From Brevundimonas sp. (GTDB lineage: Bacteria > Pseudomonadota > Alphaproteobacteria > Caulobacterales > Caulobacteraceae): a DNA stretch of 42,893 nt. This document shows, one piece after another, positions 26,152 through 37,418 of this stretch. Within the stretch, counting starts at the first letter, position 1, and the number at the start of each line of letters is the position of its first letter. Position numbers and translations under genes: made by a program. Location: contig JALAGW010000174.1 in NCBI GenBank assembly GCA_022712235.1, forward strand, positions 1-42,893, in the 5' to 3' direction. Under the pieces are notes generated by a model, which searched no databases, was not told where the DNA came from, and saw nothing but the letters and a program-made list of their open reading frames with translations.

Positions 26152-27174
26152 ATGGATTTCTCGATTATCTTCTTTTTGATGTTCGCGGCCTTCGCGATCA
26201 TCTTCCTGTTCAGCGTCATCAAGATCGTGCCGCAAGGTCGTGAATTCACGGTGGAACGCTTCGGCAAGTACACCAAGACGCTGAAGCCCGGCATCAGCAT
26301 CCTGACCCCGTTCGTCGAGCGCATCGGCAAGCGCATGAACATGATGGAACAGGTGCTGGACGTCCCGACCCAGGAAGTCATCACCAAGGACAACGCCATG
26401 GTGAAGGTGGACGGCATCGTCTTCATCCAGGTGATGGACGCCGCTCGCGCCGCCTATCGCGTGGACGATCTGCCCTACGCCATCGCCCAGCTCTGCATGA
26501 CCAATTTGCGGACTGTGGTCGGTTCGATGGAGCTGGATGAGGTCTTGTCGCAGCGCGACGCCATCAATACCCGTCTGCTGCACGTCATCGACGCGGCGAC
26601 CGAGCCGTGGGGCGTCAAGGCCAACCGTATCGAGATCAAGGACCTGACGCCACCCAGCGACATCACCAACGCCATGGCGCGCCAAATGAAAGCCGAGCGC
26701 GAGCGTCGCGCCGTCATCACCGAGGCGGACGGCGAGAAGCAGGCCGCCATCGCCCGCGCCGAGGGTGCCAAGCAGGCCGCTATCCTGGAGGCCGAAGGCC
26801 GCCGCGAAGCCGCCTTCCGCGACGCAGAGGCCCGCGAGCGTGAAGCTGAGGCCGAAGCCAAGGCGACAGCCATGGTGTCGGAGGCGATCGCGCGCGGCGA
26901 CGTCAACGCCATCAACTACTTCGTGGCGCAGAAATACGTCGAAGCCTTCGCCGAACTGGCCCGCAGCCCGCAGCAGAAGACGGTCATCGTCCCTGCCGAG
27001 ATGGGCGGCCTAGTCGGCACCATCGCCGGTCTGGGCGAGTTGGTCGGGCTGGCCAAGGAACAGCAGCACGTGCGCACCGAAACGCGTGCGGTCGCTCGTC
27101 CAGCACCGGCGCCTGCCGCGCCGGCCCGTCCTGCGCCGCATCGCCCCGGCGGCGCCGTGCCGACCACGGAGTAG
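26152..27174 (+). CDS. qmcA: SPFH/band-7 (QmcA/stomatin-like) membrane protein
   Basis: N-terminal TM segment, [28 protein letters not shown] and [13 protein letters not shown] coiled coil. Followed by nfeD. Confidence 0.9.
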   Translation: MDFSIIFFLMFAAFAIIFLFSVIKIVPQGREFTVERFGKYTKTLKPGISILTPFVERIGKRMNMMEQVLDVPTQEVITKDNAMVKVDGIVFIQVMDAARAAYRVDDLPYAIAQLCMTNLRTVVGSMELDEVLSQRDAINTRLLHVIDAATEPWGVKANRIEIKDLTPPSDITNAMARQMKAERERRAVITEADGEKQAAIARAEGAKQAAILEAEGRREAAFRDAEAREREAEAEAKATAMVSEAIARGDVNAINYFVAQKYVEAFAELARSPQQKTVIVPAEMGGLVGTIAGLGELVGLAKEQQHVRTETRAVARPAPAPAAPARPAPHRPGGAVPTTE

Positions 27175-27177
27175 GGC

Positions 27178-27636
27178 ATGGACTGGATTTTGAACCTCTA
27201 CGCCGCCCAGCCCTTCTGGCTTTGGCTGGCGGTGGGCGTGGTCTTGCTGGCCATCGAGGCGGCGGCTTCGACCGAGTGGCTGTTGTGGCCCGCCGTTTCG
27301 GCGGGGGTGACGGCTCTGATCGCGGCGCTGGCGCCCAATCTGGGCCTGCCGGTCGAGATCGGGATCTTCGCCGCCCTGACCGTGGCCTCGACGGTCCTGT
27401 CGCGCCGTCTGATCAAGCGCGTGAATCCCAAGGACGAGCCTGACATCAACGACCGCGACCTGCGTCTGGTCGGCGAGCGGGCGCGGGTGGTCGAGGCCTT
27501 CGTGGACGGGCGCGGCCGGGTCTTCGTCTCGGGCGCTGAATGGCCGGCGGAAATCGAGGGCGCCGCGCCTCTGGCCGGCGAAAGCGTGGTGGTCGAATCG
27601 GTGGACGGGCCGCGTCTGCGGGTGCGGGTGGCCTGA
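27178..27636 (+). CDS. NfeD-family (YbbJ-like) membrane protein
   Basis: N-terminal TM helices plus OB-fold GRGRVFVSGAEWPAE...VVVESVDG; canonical partner of the SPFH gene. Confidence 0.88.
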   Translation: MDWILNLYAAQPFWLWLAVGVVLLAIEAAASTEWLLWPAVSAGVTALIAALAPNLGLPVEIGIFAALTVASTVLSRRLIKRVNPKDEPDINDRDLRLVGERARVVEAFVDGRGRVFVSGAEWPAEIEGAAPLAGESVVVESVDGPRLRVRVA

Positions 27637-27646
27637 CGATCAGCCC

Positions 27647-28099
27647 TTAGCGGCGTCGCATGTCTTCGACGCCACGATTCGCCAGGGCGTCGGCCCGTTC
27701 GTTCAGGGCGTGGCCGGCGTGACCCTTGACCCAGTGCCATTTGACTTCGTGGCGGCTGCGGGCCTCGTCCAGGCGACGCCAGAGGTCGTCGTTCTTGACC
27801 GGCTTCTTGTCGGCGGTCTTCCAGCCGCGCGCCTTCCAGCCCCGAATCCATTCAGTGATGCCCTGCATGACGTATTTGCTGTCGGTATGCAGATCGACGC
27901 GGCAGGGGCGTTTCAGGGCCTCCAGCGCGGCGATGGCGGCCATCAGCTCCATGCGGTTGTTGGTGGTGTTGGGTTCGCCGCCCCACAATTCCTTTTCGTG
28001 GCCGCCGCCGGTCTGCAAAATGGCGCCCCAGCCGCCAGGGCCGGGATTGCCCTTGCAGGCGCCGTCGGTGTGAATGATGACGTGATCGATCAGACTCAT
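27647..28099 (-). CDS. rnhA: Ribonuclease HI
   Basis: [29 protein letters not shown] and [18 protein letters not shown]. Confidence 0.98.
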   Translation of the reverse strand: MSLIDHVIIHTDGACKGNPGPGGWGAILQTGGGHEKELWGGEPNTTNNRMELMAAIAALEALKRPCRVDLHTDSKYVMQGITEWIRGWKARGWKTADKKPVKNDDLWRRLDEARSRHEVKWHWVKGHAGHALNERADALANRGVEDMRRR

Positions 28100-28209
28100 G
28101 GCGCGATGCCTACAGCGTCCCTTGGCGCGCCGCCATCAGTCAGCCTATATGACGCACAACAATCAGTCGGATAGGGTCGCGTTCGTGGCCCTCTTGAGGA
28201 GGTAACGCC

Positions 28210-28428
28210 ATGGGCTCCATGAGCATCTGGCACTGGGCCATCGTCATCGTCGTCGTCGCGCTTCTGTTCGGCGGTCGTGGCAAGCTGTCCGGCATCATGG
28301 GCGACGCGGCCAAGGGCATTCGCGCCTTCAAGGACGGCCTGAAGGACGACACCGATTCCAAGGGCCCGAAGGAAGGCGTCAGCTCGCTGCCGCGCACCGA
28401 GGCCGAAAAAGAAGAACTGAACCGCTAA
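28210..28428 (+). CDS. tatA: Twin-arginine translocase TatA
   Basis: [53 protein letters not shown]. Confidence 0.96.
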   Translation: MGSMSIWHWAIVIVVVALLFGGRGKLSGIMGDAAKGIRAFKDGLKDDTDSKGPKEGVSSLPRTEAEKEELNR

Positions 28429-28453
28429 GCCTTTCGCGGAAAGACGCTGAATC

Positions 28454-29029
28454 ATGGGTGGTCTTGGCCCCGGAATCGGCGGGTTCGAAATCCTTGTCAT
28501 CGGTCTAGTGGCCCTGCTTGTCGTGGGGCCCAAGGATTTGCCGATGCTGATGCGCAAGGTCGGTCAGTTCGTCGCCAAGGCGCGCGGCATGGCCAACGAA
28601 TTCCGCGCGAGCTTTGACGAAATGGCTCGTCAGTCCGAACTGGACGACCTGCGCAAGGAGGTTGAGGCGCTGCGGTCGGGGCAGGGCATGCACCCGCTCG
28701 GCGCCGAGGCGGAAGCGGCCTTCAAGGACATCCGCAAGGACCTGGAGGCGCCGCTGGACGCTCCGGCGCTGGCCGCGCCCGCCGTGGTCGAGGCCGCGCC
28801 GGTCGCCACCGGCGTGGACGAATGGCCCGACGCGTTCCAGCCTGTGGCTGAACCTGTTGCAGGGTCCGTCGCCGCTGAACCTAAGGTCAAGGCGGCGGCA
28901 AGGCCGAAGACGGCGCGCGCTCCGGCTAAGGCCAGTGCAAAGACCGCAGTCAAGCCGACGGCGAAGGCCGTCGCCGAAGCTGCGGCGCCCAAACCCAAGG
29001 CCGTACGTAAGAAGAAGGTCGATCAATGA
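28454..29029 (+). CDS. tatB: Twin-arginine translocase TatB
   Basis: IGGFEILVIGLVALLVVGPKDLPMLMRKVG...ARGMANEFR; Ala/Lys/Pro-rich tail. Confidence 0.95.
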   Translation: MGGLGPGIGGFEILVIGLVALLVVGPKDLPMLMRKVGQFVAKARGMANEFRASFDEMARQSELDDLRKEVEALRSGQGMHPLGAEAEAAFKDIRKDLEAPLDAPALAAPAVVEAAPVATGVDEWPDAFQPVAEPVAGSVAAEPKVKAAARPKTARAPAKASAKTAVKPTAKAVAEAAAPKPKAVRKKKVDQ

Positions 29030-29913
29030 CGTCGTTCGACCGGGATGAGGCCGAGATCGAGGCCTCGCGCGCGCCACTGATGGATCACCTGATCGAGCTG
29101 CGTGGACGGCTGCTGATCTGCGTCGTCGCCTTTGTCGTGGCCTTCATCGGCTGCTTCGCCTTTTCCGAGAAGCTCTACCTCTTCCTGGTCCAGCCCTATG
29201 TGGTGTCGGCGGCCTTCCATCAAACGGTGGGCGCGCACGGCCATGTCTCGCCGTTCGATCTGATCCTGGGGACGGCGCGCCTGATCCCGGTGCCCGACGT
29301 GGACCATCAGAGCGTCAAGCTGATCTACACGGCGCCGCTGGAAATCCTCTTCACCAAGATGAAGCTGGCCGGTCTGGGCGCCGTCATCGTGGCCTTCCCG
29401 ATCTTGGCCTGGCAGCTGTATCGCTTTGTCGCGCCGGGTCTTTACCGCAATGAGAAGGGCGCCTTCCTGCCCTTCCTGATCGCGGCGCCGGTGCTGTTCC
29501 TGCTGGGCGCGGCGCTGGTCTATTTCGTCATGCTGCCCTTCGTCATGTGGTTCTCGTTGAGCCAGCAGATCATCGGCGAGGGCGTGGCGGCGGAACTGCT
29601 GCCCAAGGTGTCGGACTATCTGAACCTGGTGACGGCGCTGATCCTGGCCTTCGGCCTGTGCTTCCAGTTGCCGGTCGTCATGACCCTGCTGGGACTGGCC
29701 GGTCTGATCAGCTCCCAGGTCATGGCCAAGGGGCGCCGCTACGCCATCGTGGCCGTGGTCGTGGTCGCCGCCGTCGTCACCCCGCCGGACCCGATCAGCC
29801 AGTTGATGCTGGCTGTGCCGATGGTGCTGCTCTACGAGGTCTCGATCTGGTGCGTTCGTATCATCGAACTGCGCCGCAAGAAGGCGGATGTGGACGAGGG
29901 TCTGGCCGCCTGA
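29026..29913 (+). CDS. tatC: Twin-arginine translocase TatC
   Basis: PLMDHLIELRGRL, FVAPGLYRNEK, AFGLCFQLPV and TPPDPISQ. Confidence 0.97.
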   Translation: MTSFDRDEAEIEASRAPLMDHLIELRGRLLICVVAFVVAFIGCFAFSEKLYLFLVQPYVVSAAFHQTVGAHGHVSPFDLILGTARLIPVPDVDHQSVKLIYTAPLEILFTKMKLAGLGAVIVAFPILAWQLYRFVAPGLYRNEKGAFLPFLIAAPVLFLLGAALVYFVMLPFVMWFSLSQQIIGEGVAAELLPKVSDYLNLVTALILAFGLCFQLPVVMTLLGLAGLISSQVMAKGRRYAIVAVVVVAAVVTPPDPISQLMLAVPMVLLYEVSIWCVRIIELRRKKADVDEGLAA

Positions 29914-29940
29914 AGGCCGCATGAAAGACGCTGAATTGAG

Positions 29941-29978
29941 CGGGCGCGGCCGAACGGTTCGCGCCCGTTTTCTTTGTT
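29941..29978 (+). terminator. Probable intrinsic terminator of tatABC
   Basis: CGGGCGCG...CGCGCCCG stem followed by TTTTCTTTGTT. Confidence 0.65.
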
Positions 29979-30037
29979 GATCGGTGAATCGGCAGGGGCG
30001 TTGCTGAGGGCTTCTCCACTGCCGCAACGACGAAATG

Positions 30038-30070
30038 AAAAAGGCGCCGGACGTTTCCGCCCGGCGCCTT
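30038..30070 (-). terminator. Intrinsic terminator of glnA
   Basis: AAAAAGGCGCCGG...CCGGCGCCTT; the U-tract is on the minus strand, just after the glnA stop. Confidence 0.85.
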
Positions 30071-30092
30071 GATCGTCAGTCTGATCCGGGGA

Positions 30093-31502
30093 TCAGCAGC
30101 TGTAGTACATGTCGAATTCGACCGGGTGCGGGTGCAGTTGCAGACGGGCGACTTCTTCGGACTTCAGCGCGATGTAGCTGTCGATGAAGTCGTCATCCAT
30201 GACGCCGCCCTTCTTGAGGAAGGCGCGGTCGGCGTCGAGGGCGTCCAGAGCTTCCTTCAGCGAGCCGGCGACTTCCGGGATCGAGTGGCGCTCTTCCGGC
30301 GGCAGGTCGTAGAGGTTCTTGTCGGCGGCCGCGCCCGGATCGATACGGTTCTCGATACCGTCCAGGCCCGCCATCAACAGGGCCACGAAGGTCAGGTAGG
30401 GGTTGCCCATCGGGTCGGGGAAGCGGGCTTCCAGACGCTTGGCCTTGGGCGACGAGACGTGCGGGATGCGGATCGAGGCCGAACGGTTGCTGGCCGAATA
30501 GGCCAGCTTCACCGGGGCTTCATAGCCCGGCACGAGACGCTTGTAGGAGTTGGTGGTGGAGTTGGCGAAGGCGTTGATGGCCTTGGCGTGCTTGATGACG
30601 CCGCCGATGTACCACAGGCATTCCTGCGACAGGCCCGCGTACTTGTCGCCGGCGAACTGGGGCTTGCCGTCCTTCCAGATCGACATGTGGACGTGCATGC
30701 CCGAGCCGTTGTCGGCGAACATGGGCTTGGCCATGAAGGTCGCCGACTTGCCGTAGGCCGCGGCCACGTTGTGGATCACGTACTTATAGAGCTGCAGGCG
30801 GTCGGCCATCGTCAGCAGGTCGCTGAACTTCAGGCCCAGTTCGTGCTGCGCGGGGGCGACCTCGTGGTGATGCTTCTCCGGGTCCATGCCCAGATCCTTC
30901 ATCACGCCCAGCATCTCGCCGCGCAGGTCCTGGGCGGAGTCGACCGGGTTGACCGGGAAGTAGCCGCCCTTGTGGCCGGGACGGTGGCCCAGGTTGCCTT
31001 CGGCGTATTCAGCGCCGGTGTTGGACGGCAGTTCGATAGAGTCGAAGCTGTAGCCGGTGTTGTGCGGCGCGGTGTTCCAGCGCACGTCGTCGAAGATGAA
31101 GAACTCGGCTTCCGGACCGAAATAGACCACGTCGCCCACGCCCGAGGACTGGACATAGGCCAGGGCCTTCTTGGCCATCGAGCGGCTGTCGCGGTTGTAG
31201 GGCTCGCCCGTGTCGGGGCTCAGGACGTCGCAGAACAGGAACAGAGTGGTCTGCTGATAGAAGGGGTCGATGTAGGCGCGCGTCAGGTCCGGCTTCAGCA
31301 GCATGTCGGACTCGTTGATGGCCTTCCAGCCGGCGATCGACGAGCCGTCGAACATGGTGCCTTCTTCCAGGAACTCCTCATCGACCATGTCGATGTCGAA
31401 GGTCACGTGCTGCAGGCGGCCGCGCGTATCGGTGAAGCGGATGTCGACGTACTGGACGTCCTTTTCCTTGATCTCTTGAAGGATCTTTTGGGCGGCGCTC
31501 AT
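30093..31502 (-). CDS. glnA: Glutamine synthetase type I
   Basis: [48 protein letters not shown] and the adenylylation motif NLYDLP. Confidence 0.98.
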   Translation of the reverse strand: MSAAQKILQEIKEKDVQYVDIRFTDTRGRLQHVTFDIDMVDEEFLEEGTMFDGSSIAGWKAINESDMLLKPDLTRAYIDPFYQQTTLFLFCDVLSPDTGEPYNRDSRSMAKKALAYVQSSGVGDVVYFGPEAEFFIFDDVRWNTAPHNTGYSFDSIELPSNTGAEYAEGNLGHRPGHKGGYFPVNPVDSAQDLRGEMLGVMKDLGMDPEKHHHEVAPAQHELGLKFSDLLTMADRLQLYKYVIHNVAAAYGKSATFMAKPMFADNGSGMHVHMSIWKDGKPQFAGDKYAGLSQECLWYIGGVIKHAKAINAFANSTTNSYKRLVPGYEAPVKLAYSASNRSASIRIPHVSSPKAKRLEARFPDPMGNPYLTFVALLMAGLDGIENRIDPGAAADKNLYDLPPEERHSIPEVAGSLKEALDALDADRAFLKKGGVMDDDFIDSYIALKSEEVARLQLHPHPVEFDMYYSC

Positions 31503-31572
31503 TCTCGAAGTCCTGTCAGTTCGGGGAGGAGAAACGAAAAGCGGCCGCCCTTGCGGAACGGCCGTGGTAGGG

Positions 31573-32856
<1,284 letters not shown>

Positions 32857-32861
32857 ACCCG

Positions 32862-32946
32862 TGGTGCGGATGAGAGGACTCGAACCTCCACGCCTCTCGG
32901 CGCCAGAACCTAAATCTGGTGCGTCTACCAGTTCCGCCACATCCGC
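32862..32946 (-). tRNA. tRNA-Leu(TAG)
   Basis: GCGGATGTGGCGGAACTGGTAGACGCACCAGATTTAGGTTCTGGCGCCGAGAGGCGTGGAGGTTCGAGTCCTCTCATCCGCACCA; 85 nt, long variable arm, anticodon TAG. Confidence 0.97.
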
Positions 32947-33013
32947 ATAGGTAGGCGAATGCCTGTAGGCGAGGGCAGCGGATTGGGCAACTGACAAGGT
33001 TGGTCCGGATAGG

Positions 33014-33050
33014 AAAAAGGCCCCGGATTTCTCCGGGGCCTTTCTCTTTT
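33014..33050. terminator. Intrinsic terminator (bidirectional shape) downstream of the APC permease
   Basis: AAAAAGGCCCCGGA-TTTC-TCCGGGGCCTTTCTCTTTT. Confidence 0.85.
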
Positions 33051-33104
33051 TCTGGACCTGTCGCGCTTGCGCGGCTTGAGGCCATGAAGGTTGTCCCGAA
33101 GGGA

Positions 33105-34763
33105 TCAGTCCTTCTTGTTGTCGACGCCGTGGCCAAGAGCCTCCACAGCCGTTTCCAGCGTGGTGTCCTCGGTGATGTCGATGCCCTTGGCCAGCTTCGA
33201 GTGAGCGAAGCCGTACAGGCCGTAAACCAGGGCGCCGACCAGGGCGTAGACGCCCAGGATGGTCAGCGGCAGCGGGTTGTCGTTCAGGGCGTGGGTCACC
33301 ATCGGGATGAAGTTGAACGACGCCAGAGTCAGGCAGGCCAGGATGCCCAGCACCGCGGTGACCATGCCGCCCGGAACCTTGAACGGACGTTCCATTTCCG
33401 GGTGCTTGATACGCAGGACGATGACCGACAGACAGACGATGGCGAAGGCCGTGGCCGTGCCCAGCGACACCAGGTCGCCCAGGATCGAGATGGGCAGGAA
33501 GGACGCGGCGATGGCGATCACGATGCCCAGCAGAATGGTGCCGACCCAAGGGGTGCGGAACTTGGGGTGCACCATGGCGAAGGCCTTGGGCAGCAGGCCG
33601 TCGCGCGCCATGGTGTAGAAGATGCGCGTCTGGCCGTAGCACAGGACCAGCATGACCGAGGACAGACCGGTGATGGCGCCGATCTTGATCAGGAAGGCGA
33701 TCAGGTTCAGCTGCCCGCTCGGTGCGCTGGCCAGCGGCACATTGGCCCATTCCAGGCCCATCCGGTCGATGGCGACGGCGATCGGGGCCGGCGAGGCCAG
33801 TTCCAGATAGGGAACCACGCCGGTCATGACGGCGGCCACGACCATGTAGATCAGGGTGCAGACGAACAGGGCGCCCAGGATGCCGATGGGCACGTCTTTC
33901 GAGGGGTTCTTGGCTTCGGCGGCGGCGGTCGAAACCGCTTCAAACCCGACGTAGGCGAAGAAGATGATCGAGGCGCCGCGGAAGATGCCGCCCACGCCGA
34001 ACTGGTCCCAGCTCTCGCCCTGCGGCGGGATGAAGGGGTCCCAGTTGGCCGGATTGATATACTGCAGGCCGACGGCGATGAAGGTCAGCAGGACGATGAT
34101 CTTGATGACGACGATGGCGTTGTTGATGTTCGCCGATTCCGACACGCCCAGCACCAGCAGGCCGCAGACGGCGGCGATGCCGACGGCCGCCACCAGGTTG
34201 AAGGTGCCCGTCAGCGGGAAGCCCGCGTTTGCGCCCGAGGCGACATACTGGATCAGCGGGGTGGCCCATTGGGGCCCTTCGCCGCCCGCATAACTTATTG
34301 TCGGGAACAAACTCGCGCTGAGCCCGAAGTCATTAAGGATCGACACGACATAGCCGGACCAGCCGACCGCCACGGTCGAGGCCGCAACGCCGTATTCCAG
34401 CACCAGCAGCCAGCCCATGATCCAGGCGAAGACCTCGCCGAGGGTGCCGTAGGCATAGGTGTAGGCCGAGCCCGACACGGGCATGGTCGACGCCAGTTCG
34501 GCGTAGCACAGACCCGCCAGGGCGCAGGCGATGCCGGCGATGACGAAGGAGAACATGATGGCCGGACCGGCGTGCGCCGAGGCGACCTGACCCGTCAGCA
34601 CGAAGATACCGGCGCCGATGATGGCTCCGATCCCAAGGCTCATCAGGTTCATCGGGCCCAAGGTCCGTTTCAGCTCGCTCTTGGCGGCTTCTTTCTGAAT
34701 CTGAGCAATGGATTTTTTAAGGAATAGCCGGTTGCCGGCTGGCTTTACGCCGTCTGCGGACAT
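33105..34763 (-). CDS. Amino acid permease, APC superfamily (cationic amino acid transporter-like)
   Basis: GIGAIIGAGIFVLTG, LCYAELAS, GSAYTYAY, FFAYVGFEAVST, EAKNPSKDVPIGI and MARDGLLP; about 12-14 TM segments. Start MSADG at 34763. Confidence 0.94.
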   Translation of the reverse strand: MSADGVKPAGNRLFLKKSIAQIQKEAAKSELKRTLGPMNLMSLGIGAIIGAGIFVLTGQVASAHAGPAIMFSFVIAGIACALAGLCYAELASTMPVSGSAYTYAYGTLGEVFAWIMGWLLVLEYGVAASTVAVGWSGYVVSILNDFGLSASLFPTISYAGGEGPQWATPLIQYVASGANAGFPLTGTFNLVAAVGIAAVCGLLVLGVSESANINNAIVVIKIIVLLTFIAVGLQYINPANWDPFIPPQGESWDQFGVGGIFRGASIIFFAYVGFEAVSTAAAEAKNPSKDVPIGILGALFVCTLIYMVVAAVMTGVVPYLELASPAPIAVAIDRMGLEWANVPLASAPSGQLNLIAFLIKIGAITGLSSVMLVLCYGQTRIFYTMARDGLLPKAFAMVHPKFRTPWVGTILLGIVIAIAASFLPISILGDLVSLGTATAFAIVCLSVIVLRIKHPEMERPFKVPGGMVTAVLGILACLTLASFNFIPMVTHALNDNPLPLTILGVYALVGALVYGLYGFAHSKLAKGIDITEDTTLETAVEALGHGVDNKKD

Positions 34764-34918
34764 GAAGTCGCGCCCCCAATTACGCAACGACCCCTCCCGG
34801 GTCGTCTTCTTGGAGGCGGACGCTAACCATCCAAAGGGCCGCGCGCAACGCGGTTTCGGTTGGATGAAGCGATGACGACGCTTTCGTGAACCGGGGCGTT
34901 GCGGCTAGAGCCGATGTG

Positions 34919-37354
34919 ATGTTGCCGATTCACGCCGTACTGGAGCCGCTGAAGGCGGCGCTGAGCGCGACCAATGCGGTCGTTCTGGCCGCCCCGCCGG
35001 GGGCGGGCAAAACCACGGTCGTGCCGCTGGCCCTGCTGGATCAGGCTTGGTTGGGCGACCAGAAGGTGCTGGTGCTGGAACCGCGCAGGCTGGCGGCGCG
35101 GGCGGCCGCCGACCGGATGGCGACGACCCTGGGCCAGAAGGCGGGCGGCACGGTCGGCTATCGAACCCGGCTGCAGAGCCGCATCGGGTCGCAGACCCGC
35201 ATTGAGGTCATCACCGAGGGTGTCTTCACCCGGATGATTCTCGATGATCCGGCGCTGGAGGGGGTCGGCGCGGTCCTGTTCGACGAATTCCATGAACGCA
35301 GTCTGGACGCTGATCTGGGGTTGGCTCTGGCCCGCGAGAGCCAGTCGGTGTTGCGCGATGACCTGCGGCTGCTGGTCATGTCGGCGACGTTGGACATCGC
35401 CGGGGTGTCGAGGTTGCTCGATAGCGCGCCGGTGATCGAGGCCGAGGGGCGGATGTTCCCGGTCGAGACCCTCTACTTGGGGCGCAATGTCGCCGAACGA
35501 TTCGAGGATGCGGTGGCGCGGGCCGTCACGCAGGCGCTGGGCGAGCAGACGGGGTCGGTGCTGGTCTTCCTGCCGGGGCAGGGCGAGATCCACCGCACGG
35601 TCCAGCGCCTGAACGAACGGCTGCGCGATCCGGCCGTTGATGTGGTCGCCCTCTATGGGGCGCTGGACAAGGGCGAGCAGGACCGGGCCATCGAGCCGGC
35701 TCCGCCTGGCCGTCGCAAGGTGGTGCTGGCGACTTCGGTGGCCGAGACCAGCCTGACCATCGAGGGCGTGCGGGTGGTGATCGACGGCGGCCTGTCGCGC
35801 GTTCCTCGCTTCGAGCCGTCCAGCGGCCTGACCCGATTGGCCACGGTCAAGGTCAGTCGGTCTTCAGCGGAACAGAGGCGAGGGCGCGCGGGTCGTGTCG
35901 AGCCCGGTGTCTGTTATCGCCTGTGGGACGAGGAACAGACGCGAGGCCTGGTCGCGCATCAGCGGCCAGAGATCCAAGAAGCCGACCTGACCGCCTTCGC
36001 GCTGGATCTGGCGCGCTGGGGGGCGAAATCGGTCGAGGGGCTGGCTTTGCTGGACCCGCCGCCCGCCGGAGCCCTGGCGGAGGCGAGGAAGGTGCTGACC
36101 CGGCTAGGCGCGCTGGACGCCAAGGGCGATCTGACGACGCATGGACGACGGCTGACCCGCATCCCCCTGCCGCCGAGACTGGCGCACATGGTGGCGGTCG
36201 CCTCTGATCAGGGCGACGCCCTGGGCGGGGCGAGGATCGCCGCTGTGCTGAGCGAGCCGGGGTTAGGCGGGAACGCCATCGACCTGCACGATCGACTGAA
36301 GGAGCTGGAGCGGGATCGCTCGCCCCGCGCTCGCGACGCCATGAAGCTGGCCGAGCGCTGGGCGCGGGCGGCGGGCGGTGAAAGCGGCGGCGAGGCGGAT
36401 GCAGGCCTGCTGCTGGCCGAGGCCTTCCCCGACCGCATCGCCCGCGCCAAGGGCAGGCCGGGCGAGGTGTTGCTGGCCTCCGGGCGTGGGGCCTTCCTTG
36501 ATCCGAGCGAACACATGGCGCGCGAGCCCTGGCTGGCGGTGGCCGAACTGGGCGGGGGCGACGCGCGCGACCGCATCCGGCTGGCGGCTGCGCTGGACGC
36601 GGCGACGCTGGAGGCCGATCTGGCGCACCGCATCGAGGTCGAGGATCGGCTGGCGCGCGAGCCTTCAGGCAAGTCGGTGATCCGCCGCATCCGCCGCATC
36701 GGCGCCCTGGTCCTGGACGAGAAGGTCGTCGGCGCGCCTGATCGCGCGACCATGACGGCGGCGCTGAAGTCCGAGGTCGAGGCGGGCGGTCTGACGGCGC
36801 TGAACTGGGGCGATCAGGCGGGGGCGCTGCGGGCGCGGCTGACCTTCTTGCATGGTCTGGATGCGATCTGGCCCGATGTATCGGATGAAGGCTTGTTGGC
36901 CCTGCGCGAGGATTGGCTGTGGCCGCTGCTGGACGGGGCGCGGTCGCTGGGCGACATCGGCGACGGCAAGCTGGCCGAGGCCCTGCGCGGTCTGATCCCG
37001 TGGGATTTGCAGCGCAGGCTGGATGACCTGGCCCCGCCGCGTCTGACCACGCCGTTGGGTTCGGCCGCCATAGACTACGCCGCCGAGGGCGGGCCGCGCG
37101 TCGAGATCAGGGTGCAGGAGCTGTTCGGGGTGAAGACCCATCCGACGGTCGGCGGCGGGCGGGTTCCGTTGACGCTGTCCTTGCTGTCGCCCGCACGGCG
37201 TCCGGTGCAGGTGACGCAGGACCTGTCGGGTTTCTGGGCGGGATCGTGGGCGGCGGTGCGCAGCGAGATGCGCGGCCGCTATCCGCGTCACCCGTGGCCT
37301 GAAGACCCCGCCAACGCCGAGGCTACCAGCCGGGCCAAGCCGCGCGGGACCTGA
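34919..37354 (+). CDS. hrpB: ATP-dependent helicase HrpB
   Basis: MLPIHAVL start; APPGAGKTT, EPRRLAAR, DEFHERSL, MSATL, ATSVAETSLTI and QRRGRAGR; HrpB C-terminus LLSPARRPVQVTQDL...RGRYPRHPWP. Confidence 0.96.
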   Translation: MLPIHAVLEPLKAALSATNAVVLAAPPGAGKTTVVPLALLDQAWLGDQKVLVLEPRRLAARAAADRMATTLGQKAGGTVGYRTRLQSRIGSQTRIEVITEGVFTRMILDDPALEGVGAVLFDEFHERSLDADLGLALARESQSVLRDDLRLLVMSATLDIAGVSRLLDSAPVIEAEGRMFPVETLYLGRNVAERFEDAVARAVTQALGEQTGSVLVFLPGQGEIHRTVQRLNERLRDPAVDVVALYGALDKGEQDRAIEPAPPGRRKVVLATSVAETSLTIEGVRVVIDGGLSRVPRFEPSSGLTRLATVKVSRSSAEQRRGRAGRVEPGVCYRLWDEEQTRGLVAHQRPEIQEADLTAFALDLARWGAKSVEGLALLDPPPAGALAEARKVLTRLGALDAKGDLTTHGRRLTRIPLPPRLAHMVAVASDQGDALGGARIAAVLSEPGLGGNAIDLHDRLKELERDRSPRARDAMKLAERWARAAGGESGGEADAGLLLAEAFPDRIARAKGRPGEVLLASGRGAFLDPSEHMAREPWLAVAELGGGDARDRIRLAAALDAATLEADLAHRIEVEDRLAREPSGKSVIRRIRRIGALVLDEKVVGAPDRATMTAALKSEVEAGGLTALNWGDQAGALRARLTFLHGLDAIWPDVSDEGLLALREDWLWPLLDGARSLGDIGDGKLAEALRGLIPWDLQRRLDDLAPPRLTTPLGSAAIDYAAEGGPRVEIRVQELFGVKTHPTVGGGRVPLTLSLLSPARRPVQVTQDLSGFWAGSWAAVRSEMRGRYPRHPWPEDPANAEATSRAKPRGT

Positions 37355-37418
37355 AGCCTCGCCTTGACGATAACGTGCGACGCGGCGCAATGACCGTGCA
37401 GCAATGCAAGGATTTCGC

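Noticed and set aside
28740..29020. Ala/Lys/Pro-rich histone-like segment in TatB
   Set aside because: Low-complexity disordered tails are normal for TatB.
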